Positions 1 through 9,797 are shown, counted from the first letter of the stretch. The stretch is 27,082 nucleotides of DNA from Flavobacteriia bacterium (GCA_947455255.1 CANGOA010000029.1:1-27082), one strand, 5' to 3'. Notes: generated from the sequence alone by a model not told the origin. Program-made: numbers and translations.

Positions 1-210
<210 letters not shown>

Positions 211-255
211 TTATAGATTATGCGTTATGCATTCTTGGTCATAACATAGATAAAC

Positions 256-287
256 AAATAAAGGGCGAAAATTTTCGCCCTTTATTT
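256..287. terminator. Perfect palindromic hairpin (AAATAAAGGGCGAAAA/TTTTCGCCCTTTATTT) with T/A runs on both sides. Likely a bidirectional intrinsic terminator between the convergent genes ending at 210 (+) and 300 (-).
   Basis: 9-bp GC-containing stem GGGCGAAAA/TTTTCGCCC read directly from the sequence, flanked by A-run 5' and T-run 3'. Confidence 0.6.
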
Positions 288-299
288 GTTTAATTTCAG

Positions 300-1163
300 T
301 TACATTCTCTTTTTGCAATATTCGGTCAACATTTGAAGCTCCTTAAAATCTAATGAATATACTAATCTATCCAAAGCTGTCTTTTCTGAAATCTCATTTA
401 AAAATATATTATCAGTCAATTGATAATCAATTCTTTTAACATTTTTCAGATTAGGATACCTTAAGCTAATCCCACCATAGAAATAATCTAAAGCTTTCCC
501 ATACTGTTTCAAGGAAAGATAAATCAATCCAATTTTTAGATTTGTTTCATATCTATTCGGATATTTTATTCTAATTTGATCGTATTCTTTCAATGCAGAA
601 TGAAAACATCTTTGATAAACCGATTCATCCGCAGAATAGGATAAAAAATCATATGTAGAAGTAGTATCATAAGTAATAGAACAAGATTTATTCATTCTAT
701 ATTTTACTTTGTTGGTGTAATTTTGCAATCCAAAAACCCCTGTTTCAATCCAAATATCCATTTCATTTACTTGAATTGGATTATCAAATGTTGTTTCTAA
801 TGTTTTTCCACCTACATTAATCTCAACAATACTATCATATAAAAAAGAAGAGTTTACAGATATTGAAACAAATTTACCGCTAATAGAAATTGAATTATTT
901 AATAGAATTAAAAGATAGTAGATAAAATATATTATACTAAATGTCAAACAAATAAGTAATTTCTTGTTGAATTTAAAATACAAGAAAATAAATAGTGATA
1001 AAACAAAAGAAATAGTAAAAAAAGTTATTTCAAAAGTTGAGGAAAGATTAGTAAATGCAGATTCATTTTTTGCTAATTGATAATAATATATAGACAGTAA
1101 AATAAACAATCCATTAAATATTAATATAGAAAATAGATCTATAATCTTTTTAATAAACGTCAT
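300..1163 (-). CDS. Hypothetical membrane-anchored protein. Three N-terminal TM helices, then a soluble domain ending in a TPR-like segment.
   Basis: 287-aa ORF; hydrophobic N-terminus (LFSILIFNGLFILLSIYYY..., FFTISFVLSLFIFLYF..., ICLTFSIIYFIYYLLILL); C-terminal ...LKIGLIYLSLKQYGKALDYFYGGISLRYPN resembles a TPR repeat. Confidence 0.55.
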   Translation of the reverse strand: MTFIKKIIDLFSILIFNGLFILLSIYYYQLAKNESAFTNLSSTFEITFFTISFVLSLFIFLYFKFNKKLLICLTFSIIYFIYYLLILLNNSISISGKFVSISVNSSFLYDSIVEINVGGKTLETTFDNPIQVNEMDIWIETGVFGLQNYTNKVKYRMNKSCSITYDTTSTYDFLSYSADESVYQRCFHSALKEYDQIRIKYPNRYETNLKIGLIYLSLKQYGKALDYFYGGISLRYPNLKNVKRIDYQLTDNIFLNEISEKTALDRLVYSLDFKELQMLTEYCKKRM

Positions 1164-1351
1164 TTTTCATTGATATATTAACAATATATAATTAACAAAT
1201 ATAATTAATAAACTAATTCTTATTTTTTTTGTAATCCGTAATTTATAATTCATAACTCATAATCCACTAAATAGTATCAAATATTTTTATAACTTTGTAC
1301 TCTTTTGGACTATCCAAAATAGGAGTAAAAAGCACTAAAAAATACGACGAT

Positions 1352-2410
1352 ATGAGTAAAATGAAACTTTCCGAATTCAGTTTCGATGTTCCTCAGGAAT
1401 TAATTGCACAACATCCAACAGAAAATCGTGATGATGCCAAAATGATGGTAATCAACCGAAAAGAAAATAAAATTGAGCATAAATTATTTAAAGATATCAT
1501 CAATTATTTCGATGATGGAGATGTAATGATTACGAATAATTCACGTGTTTTCCCAGCTCGTATGTATGGAAACAAAGAAAAAACGGGTGCAAAAATTGAA
1601 GTTTTCTTATTACGTGAGTTAAACAGAGAGTCTTTATTGTGGGATGTATTAGTTGATCCAGCTCGTAAAATTCGTATTGGAAATAAATTATATTTCGGTG
1701 ATGATGATTCATTAGTAGCTGAGGTAATTGATAATACTACTTCCCGAGGAAGAACATTACGTTTCTTATTTGATGGTGATTATGAAGAATTTAAAGCAAA
1801 AATTACGGAATTAGGAGAAACTCCTCTTCCAAAATACATTGATCGTCCTGTTGAACCAGAAGACGAAGAGCGTTACCAAACAATCTATGCAAAAGTAGAA
1901 GGTGCTGTAGCTGCTCCAACAGCAGGTTTACATTTCTCTCGTCAGTTATTGAAACGTTTAGAAATTAAAGGCATTGATTTTGCAGAATTGACTTTACATG
2001 TTGGTTTAGGTTCTTTTAGAACAGTAGAAGTGGAAGATTTGACTAAACATAAAATGGATTCGGAGCAAGTGATTATTCCGGAAAAATGTGCTGAAATGGT
2101 TAACAATGCAAAACGCAATAAAAAACGTGTTTGTGCTGTTGGTACAACAACGATGCGAGCGATTGAAACTTCTGTTTCAACGGAAGGAATGTTAAAACCA
2201 TTTGATGGATGGACAAACAAATTTATCTATCCTCCTTATGATTTTAGTATTGCGGATAGTTTGATTACTAATTTCCACCAACCACTTTCTACATTATTAA
2301 TGATGATTTCCGCTTTTTGTGGCCACGATTTAATGATCGAAGCGTATAAAACAGCGATTAAGGATAACTATCGTTTTTATACCTATGGAGATGTTATGTT
2401 GATTATTTGA
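1352..2410 (+). CDS. queA: S-adenosylmethionine:tRNA ribosyltransferase-isomerase (queuosine biosynthesis)
   Basis: [19 protein letters not shown]... aligns with the E. coli QueA N-terminus (MRVTDFSFELPESLIAHYP). Conserved ...AAPTAGLHF..., ...AVGTT..R..E... and ...TNFHQP.STLLMM.SAF... blocks. True start is probably the ATG at 1352 or 1361, not 1295. Confidence 0.9.
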   Translation: MSKMKLSEFSFDVPQELIAQHPTENRDDAKMMVINRKENKIEHKLFKDIINYFDDGDVMITNNSRVFPARMYGNKEKTGAKIEVFLLRELNRESLLWDVLVDPARKIRIGNKLYFGDDDSLVAEVIDNTTSRGRTLRFLFDGDYEEFKAKITELGETPLPKYIDRPVEPEDEERYQTIYAKVEGAVAAPTAGLHFSRQLLKRLEIKGIDFAELTLHVGLGSFRTVEVEDLTKHKMDSEQVIIPEKCAEMVNNAKRNKKRVCAVGTTTMRAIETSVSTEGMLKPFDGWTNKFIYPPYDFSIADSLITNFHQPLSTLLMMISAFCGHDLMIEAYKTAIKDNYRFYTYGDVMLII

Positions 2411-2562
2411 TTTATAAATAAATTTTTCATCGTTCGACTTCAAAATTTAAATTAGCTACGCTGAGACTTCGTGTTCTCATTTACTGATGTAAACTGCGGT
2501 TTAAATTTATTGTCTGCCTCGAAAAATTAAATTTATAAATCAAATATGTATTATAAATTTTG

Positions 2563-2591
2563 AATGGTCGTAATTATTACGACCATTTTTT
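2563..2591 (+). terminator. Intrinsic terminator (12-bp perfect palindrome AATGGTCGTAAT.ATTACGACCATT followed by TTTTT), about 150 nt downstream of the queA stop
   Basis: Hairpin plus T-run read directly from the sequence. Confidence 0.55.
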
Positions 2592-2610
2592 GTTTATATA
2601 ATAAATCTAT

Positions 2611-3777
2611 TTATTCTTCGTCTTTATACTCAAACGGATAACCTTCAAACATTTCGGTTAATCGATGTACTTGGTAAACGCTTCGCGTATAAGCGTTAGA
2701 TAACGCAATAATACACACTGTGTCACCGCGTAGGGTTGCGTAACAACCTGTATTTCCATGCCACCAACCTGTGTGGAAAAAATACGGTTTTTTATCTGGT
2801 ACTTCTACCATTCGCATACCTAAACCATAATTTCTAGATCCTGGCTTTTCATAGCTATAACCACGGTAAATTTCTTTACGAGATTTTTCGGAAAGGAAAT
2901 CATGCGAATAAGTTGCGATGTCCATTTTAAGCAGATCTCGTGCGGTACTATACATATTTTTATCTCCGTAGATACCATCCAAGAAATCGACTGCTTGTGT
3001 TTGAAAGCGCGAATTGTAGGAAGGAGAAATTTTATTTATTTTTTCTGGTTTATCTAAAATAAAACTATTGTTCATTTTCAGAGGGTCAAAGACCAACATT
3101 TTCATTGCCTTTGGAAATTTTACTTCTGTGACTTTTTCGACTACAAGCGCTAATAAAGCATAATTAGTGTTGCAGTAAGCGAAATGGGTTCCCGACGGGA
3201 AATTAAGAGGGAAAACGTGTTTATTTAGCAATTTTAAGACATCTTGGTTGGTCATCTTTTTAGAGTGATCCCAAATACGATCAGCAAAATATCCATAATA
3301 GGGAACTCCACTACGATGTGTAAGTAGCATACGAATTGTAATGCCTTTGTAGGGGAAAATTGGCAAGTATTTACGTACATCGTCTTCTAAGGATAATTCT
3401 TTTCTATCGACCAAACGCATAATTGCTAAGGCAGTTACTGATTTACTAATCGATGCTAAATGGATGGGAGTGTTTGTTTCTAGTTTCTTCTCGTTGTTGT
3501 AATCCAAATAACCATTGACTTTTTCAAAGATGATTTTACCATTTTTAGCCACTAAAAACATTCCGTTAAAACGATCATTTCCTAGTATTTGGTTGTAAAA
3601 CGGATAAATATGCTGCCGTTTGTTAGTGATATATTGATTACTAACAGTATTAAATTTCGGTTTGTATTGTGGGATTTTTAATGCTGCTTCAGAAGATTGT
3701 TGGTGTTTAGTAGTACAAGAAGGACTTGTAGGCACTACCAAAATCAATAAAAAACAAATATGGATGATGTGTTTCAT
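2611..3777 (-). CDS. Beta-lactamase-family serine hydrolase (class C beta-lactamase / PBP-like), probable lipoprotein
   Basis: Lipoprotein-type signal (MKHIIHICFLLILVVPTSPSC); S-x-S-K active-site motif (LASISKSVTALAI) and Y-x-N motif (YCNTNY) typical of the beta-lactamase/transpeptidase fold. Confidence 0.75.
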   Translation of the reverse strand: MKHIIHICFLLILVVPTSPSCTTKHQQSSEAALKIPQYKPKFNTVSNQYITNKRQHIYPFYNQILGNDRFNGMFLVAKNGKIIFEKVNGYLDYNNEKKLETNTPIHLASISKSVTALAIMRLVDRKELSLEDDVRKYLPIFPYKGITIRMLLTHRSGVPYYGYFADRIWDHSKKMTNQDVLKLLNKHVFPLNFPSGTHFAYCNTNYALLALVVEKVTEVKFPKAMKMLVFDPLKMNNSFILDKPEKINKISPSYNSRFQTQAVDFLDGIYGDKNMYSTARDLLKMDIATYSHDFLSEKSRKEIYRGYSYEKPGSRNYGLGMRMVEVPDKKPYFFHTGWWHGNTGCYATLRGDTVCIIALSNAYTRSVYQVHRLTEMFEGYPFEYKDEE

Positions 3778-3854
3778 AGGGAAACAAAAGTAGTAAAAAA
3801 GGGATGAAAATATTATTTTATAAAGTAGTAATTCTGCTTTATAGAATTTGATAC

Positions 3855-3912
3855 TTTTTATGGGTGTAAGCCTAAAAACTTCTTAAATGTTAGAGTTTTT
3901 TATGGGTGTAAG
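3855..3912. repeat. Two perfect 17-bp direct repeats TTTTTATGGGTGTAAGC (3855-3871 and 3896-3912), 41 bp apart start to start, in the promoter region of the beta-lactamase-family gene
   Basis: Exact duplicate strings read from the sequence; candidate tandem binding sites for a regulator. Confidence 0.5.
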
Positions 3913-3941
3913 CAGAATTTGAGAGTTTGTACTCTTGTCAA

Positions 3942-4988
3942 TTATTTTTTTGACTTCCAAATATAAGCGTCTAAAATGTAATGAACAACTTGTGGCATTA
4001 TGAGAAGTGGTATCATAAATGCTAATACTTGATCACTTTCGATTAAATCAAAAAATGGATAAATCCATCCAAAAGTTTCACTGTGTTCATGCCATATCAG
4101 TGAATCCCATAATCCCTCCTCTATATATGCAAAACCAAAAATGATTAAATAGAAACAAATCCATCCCCATTTTGAAAAAATAAATTTAAAAAAATCAGAA
4201 GAACTGTTATTTAATTCTCGCTTTTCAGTTACCCATACTAAAGCAAAATAAGGTATTCCATGGCCTATTACATTCACTAATGAAAAAGTAAAGTCGTTGT
4301 TTATTAGAACTATCGAAGAATACCAGGCGAAACTAGTACTTAGAGTTATAAGCATTCGTCCAATATTCCATTTTTTATGAAATTGATATTCTTTGAATTC
4401 AATATATATGTAAACTAAGTGAATAAGAAAATAAAACATTTTTAAAAACGAAACCAAAAATGGGAGATTAATATATTTAAAATCTCCAGCTAACATCCAA
4501 TTAAAATTTTGTTGACCCTTGCAATGCCAAATTAATATTGGAACAACTGTAGAAGCATATATGGATAAGCTTAATATTTTTCTGTACCATTTATTTGCTG
4601 ATGGAAGACTATAAAGTCTAAAAAAACCGTATTGTTGACGTACAAAATGATAAACAGCAAAATAGGCTAAGCAGCTCCAAAATAAATAGGAGCTTGTAGA
4701 ATATATTAAAATCCCACCCATCCAAACAAATACCGGTAAATACTTCATTTTAAACCCAAAGTTACACCAGGCATCCTCTTTAAAATAGGTTTTATAGACT
4801 GAACTATATACATGAGCAACATCAATTGCTAATACAATTAATATCCATGAAATAGGAAAAATTTCTGTGCGTTGATTATTTAAAAATTGATTTGGCAGAA
4901 AGAAAATGCAAATTGCAGGTATTAATTGGGGAAATACAAACCAGATTGTGTCAAATTTTGGAGAATATATCCATGTTGATTGTTTCAT
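3942..4988 (-). CDS. Polytopic integral membrane protein (about 8 TM), unknown function; last gene of the 9767-to-3942 operon
   Basis: 348-aa ORF, highly hydrophobic with aromatic-rich helices; 6-bp gap to the upstream gene. Confidence 0.6.
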   Translation of the reverse strand: MKQSTWIYSPKFDTIWFVFPQLIPAICIFFLPNQFLNNQRTEIFPISWILIVLAIDVAHVYSSVYKTYFKEDAWCNFGFKMKYLPVFVWMGGILIYSTSSYLFWSCLAYFAVYHFVRQQYGFFRLYSLPSANKWYRKILSLSIYASTVVPILIWHCKGQQNFNWMLAGDFKYINLPFLVSFLKMFYFLIHLVYIYIEFKEYQFHKKWNIGRMLITLSTSFAWYSSIVLINNDFTFSLVNVIGHGIPYFALVWVTEKRELNNSSSDFFKFIFSKWGWICFYLIIFGFAYIEEGLWDSLIWHEHSETFGWIYPFFDLIESDQVLAFMIPLLIMPQVVHYILDAYIWKSKK

Positions 4989-4994
4989 ACATGC

Positions 4995-6617
4995 TTAAAT
5001 TAACAACGATTTAACAGCGTTAATACCTTGTGAAAATCCTTCTTCAAAAATTGAAAATCCGGAATAATCTGTATGCGCTAAACGAATGATATTAGATTGA
5101 ATATTTTTCTTACTAAAATTGTAATGTTTTTCCAAACTTTTTGGATATGGCGTTACCATTCCATGCCCCCATTGCTGAAAAGTCATAGATTCAATGTAAT
5201 TTTCTATGTCACTATGTAAGCCTTTCAACTCGGTTAACACTAATTCTTTCATTTCCTCTTCAGTGAGTGAGAACATTTTTATACGTTCTTCTTTAGCCCC
5301 TTGTTTATCAAAAGCGAGATAAACACTAATTACATATTTGTCTTTTAGTTGCGTAAATTCTTGGTGTTGATTATAAATATATCCAAGTCCTTTTGTGCCA
5401 AATTTTACATTATCCCAAGCCAACTCTAATCCATTTGTTTCTGGAAATGAAGATAAAACGACACTTGTAACTAACCATGGATGATGGATATAGTTATCAA
5501 AGTCTTCACTCTTCCAAAAAGGAGATTTTAAAATGTGCTTTGTGACATAAGAAGGAGTAGCAATAATTACTTTTTTTGATTTGTAAAATTCAAAGGTATT
5601 ACTCTTACAATTAAATACCGTAACTAAAGCATGGGTATCCTTTTCCACAACTTCAGAAACAATGTAATTGGTTTTTAAATGTGTTTGAATTGGTTTTCGT
5701 AACAAATTCACTAAATAACCATTTCCTTCAGGCCAAGTTAGTACGTTAGAAGGTATCGTATTGGAAGGGTTTGATTTTCTTCCTGCAAAATAATTAATTC
5801 CTGACCAAGCAGAAACTTTATCAAATCCTGCACCAAAGTCATCACGACAACAATAATCCAAAAACCAACGAAGTTCTTCCGTCACAAAATGATTATCGTT
5901 TAGAAACTTCTCAAAAGAAATAGAATCGAAAGCAAGCAATTGTTTATCTTTTGAAGCGCTTGTAATAGGAATATTAAATAAAAATAATCCATCGTTTCCT
6001 TTCATTTGTTTATATTCATTCATGCATGAAAAAAATCGATTTATTTCGTCGTTGACATGCTTACTTAATCCATAAGATGGGACCAAGCCTTCTTGAAATA
6101 AACCTCGGTATAATAAACGTTCATCTGGGGCATGACAAAGAAATTCTTCATTGTATTCTTGCGTTCCATTTTTAAATTCATTTGTAATTAATCCATACTC
6201 CTTTAAAAATGCGATTAATGGTCGATTATCAGGATTAGGAAGGGTTAAATAGTGTGCTCCAAGAGGAAAACCTGAATATTGATTTCGGCTAGAAGTTGAA
6301 TTTCCTCCGACCACATCGTTTAATTCAAACAATAAAAAATTAGAATGATTAGATTTTTGAAGTTCATAAGCAGCCGATAATCCACTTATCCCTCCACCTA
6401 CAATTATAGCATCAATTTCAATTACATCAGAATCAGTGTTTGGAATTAATTTTGCATCACGAATCAGATGACCTCGAGATTTATTAGCTCCAATCAATTT
6501 AGTACTAATTGTTCTTTTCTTGGAAGAAGAACAGCCTAATAAATTCGGAGCTACAATAAATGCAGTTCCTATTGTTCCAATATAACGAACAAATTTTCTT
6601 CTTTCCATGCTGATCAA
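4995..6617 (-). CDS. Tat-exported FAD-dependent oxidoreductase (amine-oxidase / phytoene-desaturase-like Rossmann fold)
   Basis: N-terminal twin-arginine signal (MERRKFVRYIGTIGTAFIVAPNLLGC), FAD dinucleotide-binding motif (IIVGGGISGLSAAYEL); directly abuts the upstream gene (6617/6618). Confidence 0.75.
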   Translation of the reverse strand: MISMERRKFVRYIGTIGTAFIVAPNLLGCSSSKKRTISTKLIGANKSRGHLIRDAKLIPNTDSDVIEIDAIIVGGGISGLSAAYELQKSNHSNFLLFELNDVVGGNSTSSRNQYSGFPLGAHYLTLPNPDNRPLIAFLKEYGLITNEFKNGTQEYNEEFLCHAPDERLLYRGLFQEGLVPSYGLSKHVNDEINRFFSCMNEYKQMKGNDGLFLFNIPITSASKDKQLLAFDSISFEKFLNDNHFVTEELRWFLDYCCRDDFGAGFDKVSAWSGINYFAGRKSNPSNTIPSNVLTWPEGNGYLVNLLRKPIQTHLKTNYIVSEVVEKDTHALVTVFNCKSNTFEFYKSKKVIIATPSYVTKHILKSPFWKSEDFDNYIHHPWLVTSVVLSSFPETNGLELAWDNVKFGTKGLGYIYNQHQEFTQLKDKYVISVYLAFDKQGAKEERIKMFSLTEEEMKELVLTELKGLHSDIENYIESMTFQQWGHGMVTPYPKSLEKHYNFSKKNIQSNIIRLAHTDYSGFSIFEEGFSQGINAVKSLLI

Positions 6618-8117
6618 TTAAAATAAATCACCCCACTCACGTTCAAACATGGATATTAGCACTTGATTTTCAAGTCTATTGACAACATTTGATTTGTAGT
6701 ACATGTCCTGCGGAAAATTTCTCATGTTAAGAAATTCCTTTTTGGTATAATATTTTAATCCTTTTGGTAATCTTCGTTCTTGTAATTCACTTAAATCTTG
6801 TCCGAACATAATGTATCCCCATTCTCCAAAAGAAGGAACATATGTATGATATGGAACCGTAGACATATTTGTTTGTTTTATAGTATTGTTAACACACCAA
6901 AATGATTCTTTTGCATTTAAGGGAGATGTACTTTGCATAACGACTTTCGTATTAAAATGCATGGCACTTTGAAGCATTTTGAAGAAGGTTAAAGTATATA
7001 ATTTACCCACAGAAAAATTGGAAGGATCTGGAAAATCAATAATGATTACATCGTACTTTTTCTTATTTGTATTTCGGAGCCATTGAAATGCATCACTATT
7101 AATCACGTTCACTTTATGATTAAGTAGAGAGTGATTATTTAGTCCGCTCATAATTTGATTTTTTGAAAAAAGCTCTGTCAACTTAGGATCTAAATCTACG
7201 AGAGTAATATCTTTTACTTTCGGATATTTTAAAATTTCACGGACTGCGAAACCATCTCCGCCACCAAGTATAAGTACATTTTTGCATGAGGGTGCTGTTG
7301 ACATCACAGGATGTACCAATGCTTCATGGTATCGGTACTCATCTTTGGAATTAAATTGTAAATGATTATTTAAGTATAAACAATAATGATGATGATTTCT
7401 CGTTAATACAATTCTTTGATATTTAGAATGTTTTGCATAAATAATGGATTCTCCATACATTTCTGATTCACTCATCCGTGTGACTTCATTCGAAAAGACA
7501 AATACAAAAAGTAGTCCAAAACCAGCAATTATACCGGCAGTATATATACGTTTAGCATGTTTGATTTCTGTTTTAAAATAATGAACTAAATACAGTGCCA
7601 ATCCGATATTAAATAATCCAAATAATACTGAAGTACGAATAATATTTAAATGGGGAATAAGCAAAATCGGGAATAAAATGGAAGCTAAAAGTGCGCCGAC
7701 ATAATCGTAAGTAAAAACACTTGAAACTAAATCTTTAAACTCTACTTTACTTTTTAAAATTCTCATTATTAAAGGGATTTCCATTCCTACAAATACACCA
7801 GTGATTGATATCAGAGTATATAATACAAATTGAAAATAGGCCCCAAAACTGAAACAATAAAATAAAATAGCGCTACTTAATCCTCCGACAACTCCTGTGA
7901 TTATTTCTATTTGAATGAACTTTTCAATTAGTTTCTGATTAACATACTTAGATAAGTAAGAACCAACACCCATAGAAAATAAATAGGTTCCAATAATTGT
8001 AGAAAATTGAGTTACCGAATCACCCAAAAGATAACTCGCTAAAGTACCCGCAACTAATTCATAGATTAATCCACACGTTGAAATTACAAAAATGGTAAAG
8101 AGTAATAAATACCTCAT
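6618..8117 (-). CDS. Polyamine aminopropyltransferase-like protein (spermidine-synthase fold) fused to an N-terminal polytopic membrane domain
   Basis: About 200 aa of N-terminal TM helices, then the spermidine-synthase-family SAM-binding core (NVLILGGGDGFAVREILKYPKVKDITLVDLDPKLTEL...VIIIDFPDP). Confidence 0.8.
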   Translation of the reverse strand: MRYLLLFTIFVISTCGLIYELVAGTLASYLLGDSVTQFSTIIGTYLFSMGVGSYLSKYVNQKLIEKFIQIEIITGVVGGLSSAILFYCFSFGAYFQFVLYTLISITGVFVGMEIPLIMRILKSKVEFKDLVSSVFTYDYVGALLASILFPILLIPHLNIIRTSVLFGLFNIGLALYLVHYFKTEIKHAKRIYTAGIIAGFGLLFVFVFSNEVTRMSESEMYGESIIYAKHSKYQRIVLTRNHHHYCLYLNNHLQFNSKDEYRYHEALVHPVMSTAPSCKNVLILGGGDGFAVREILKYPKVKDITLVDLDPKLTELFSKNQIMSGLNNHSLLNHKVNVINSDAFQWLRNTNKKKYDVIIIDFPDPSNFSVGKLYTLTFFKMLQSAMHFNTKVVMQSTSPLNAKESFWCVNNTIKQTNMSTVPYHTYVPSFGEWGYIMFGQDLSELQERRLPKGLKYYTKKEFLNMRNFPQDMYYKSNVVNRLENQVLISMFEREWGDLF

Positions 8118-8118
8118 G

Positions 8119-8364
8119 TTAATGAATTGCGGAAGCGATAATTATTGCAATTGCTAACATAAATCCAGTAGCCATGACTGCTAAAGCCATATTTTGACGT
8201 TCTGAGATTTCTTTCCATAAATTTAAAATTGTTATTTTTTCAATAATAACAAAAGAGATTACAAGGATCAAAATCCCTAAAAAAGAATAGATTAAAGATC
8301 CCACTACTGCATGTAAATTGATTAACTCGTTCATAGTATATTTATTTATGATGTACTTTACCAT
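8119..8364 (-). CDS. Small two-TM membrane protein (DUF350-like). Real start may be the internal Met (MNELINL..., coordinate 8334), because the ORF track's start overlaps a small upstream ORF.
   Basis: 81-aa ORF with two hydrophobic helices; 1-bp spacing to the aminopropyltransferase-like gene. Confidence 0.55.
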   Translation of the reverse strand: MVKYIINKYTMNELINLHAVVGSLIYSFLGILILVISFVIIEKITILNLWKEISERQNMALAVMATGFMLAIAIIIASAIH

Positions 8365-8497
8365 AAGGGTATCCTGATGCTCCCCATTTAGTTCCTGTTT
8401 CGTCTTTAAATAATTTAAACCCTTGTACTTGAGCCCATACTAAAAAGATAAAGGCGCCAACAAAAAGTCCGACGATTATTTTTAATTCTTTATTCAT
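8342..8497 (-). CDS. Possible unannotated 51-aa single-TM small protein (MNKELKIIVGLFVGAFIFLVWAQVQGFKLFKDETGTKWGASGYPYGKVHHK)
   Basis: Hand translation of the minus strand. ATG at 8497-8495 lies 2 nt after the upstream gene's TAA; clean hydrophobic helix; fills the otherwise empty 125-bp gap in a tightly packed operon. Below the track's 60-aa cutoff. Confidence 0.3.
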   Translation of the reverse strand: MNKELKIIVGLFVGAFIFLVWAQVQGFKLFKDETGTKWGASGYPYGKVHHK

Positions 8498-9767
8498 CTA
8501 ATCCATATCTTTTTGCTTCAAAACGATTGTAAGCAAAGTTGTATAATATTATTAATCCTGCTAGAATTCCAATTAAAATCCAATAATTCCATACACCTGG
8601 AGAAGCACTATACACTTCTAAATTAAATGGCAAATGTAAATCTGGATTAGAAGAAATAATTTTACTTTTTAAATGATATTTTCCAGAAGGAACATCTGAC
8701 ATTCCTACTTCTGTCTCATTAGAACCTTCACTCCATGAATAACCCTGATCTACTCCCGAATAATATTCGATTCCTAATGCAATTTCTCGCTCTTCACCGG
8801 TCTTTTCATTTACCAATGTGAGTTGATTTTCAATCCACTGGTTGTCAATATTAGAATTTCCTAGAAAACTTAAATAATAAGAACTGCCTTTTTCCTTCAA
8901 TTCAAATGAACGTGAAACTATTTCTTTACCATCTGTTGTGTTTGCCTGATGTATTCCTGCAACTAGATAGTCGGAATTGAAAAAGTTTAAACAAAGAAAC
9001 AGAATCGAAAATACAATTGCACTTAAAACAGCATATTTATTTACTAAATCTTTATCTAAACCTCCAAAAAATGGTTGCGCCATTCCTATTGTTCCATATT
9101 CAGATTCTATAAATGGCGTTGAAGGAAAAATAGTTTTTAGTTCAGTTTTACTTAAGTACCTTCCTAAGAAAAAATCACAATGTTTATTTTGGACTTCGAT
9201 TGACAAAAGGAGAGGTGGGTTGATAAAATCGACACACTTGATTTTACTTGTATCAACAGCATTGTAATTAAATTCACCAACGATTGCCACCGTCGAAACA
9301 TTATAAACAAACAATCGATCATAAATCACATTATTAAATGAGAATGTTTTATTTGCCTTTTTATATGCTTCTGACAATTCGTTGTATCTTATATCATCTT
9401 CCTGAATATATTCTAAATAATGATAATGTCCGTTGCACTCTGAAATAAAATGATGTTTATTAAATTGGTCAATAAATACATATTCTACCCATTTCTCATA
9501 GTTATCTTTTCTATAAGCTTTTCCTATTAAGGTAATTTCACGGTCATTAATTTTTCCTTTTTTATAAAGATAAAAACTAGTATAATCTCTTTTCCAGTTA
9601 TTTGATAAGTTATAATATACTTCAGGACTATTTCTGTGATAAATTTTATTACAATTCGGACAAGCGATAATTACATATTCCTCAGGTTGGAAAATATCCA
9701 TTTTGTGCTTGCAATTCTTACAAACAAATGTTTTATTTTCTGAATTTTGAGTAACTATGTCGCTCAT
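8490..9767 (-). CDS. Zinc-ribbon plus DUF4178-like membrane protein; first gene of the membrane operon
   Basis: N-terminal double C-x2-C zinc ribbon (CKNCKHK...CPNCNKIY), central TM (YAVLSAIVFSILFLCLNFF), C-terminal TM (WNYWILIGILAGLIILY). Confidence 0.55.
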   Translation of the reverse strand: MSDIVTQNSENKTFVCKNCKHKMDIFQPEEYVIIACPNCNKIYHRNSPEVYYNLSNNWKRDYTSFYLYKKGKINDREITLIGKAYRKDNYEKWVEYVFIDQFNKHHFISECNGHYHYLEYIQEDDIRYNELSEAYKKANKTFSFNNVIYDRLFVYNVSTVAIVGEFNYNAVDTSKIKCVDFINPPLLLSIEVQNKHCDFFLGRYLSKTELKTIFPSTPFIESEYGTIGMAQPFFGGLDKDLVNKYAVLSAIVFSILFLCLNFFNSDYLVAGIHQANTTDGKEIVSRSFELKEKGSSYYLSFLGNSNIDNQWIENQLTLVNEKTGEEREIALGIEYYSGVDQGYSWSEGSNETEVGMSDVPSGKYHLKSKIISSNPDLHLPFNLEVYSASPGVWNYWILIGILAGLIILYNFAYNRFEAKRYGLDE

Positions 9768-9797
9768 TAGTTGAATTTTGAGGTGTAAAAATAGGAT

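Noticed and set aside
1530-2220. Two minus-strand ORFs (60 and 92 aa) inside queA
   Set aside because: Antisense to a strongly conserved queA; spurious.
2440-2530. Possible preQ1 riboswitch or tRNA next to queA
   Set aside because: The TAGCTAC string only loosely recalls the preQ1-I core and lies downstream of queA, not upstream of a que transporter or biosynthesis gene. No tRNA T-loop (GTTCGA/GTTCAA) or acceptor-stem pairing found.
8977-9267. Plus-strand 96-aa ORF from the track
   Set aside because: Lies wholly inside, and antisense to, the well-supported DUF4178-like gene. Low-complexity K-rich translation typical of antisense frames in AT-rich DNA.
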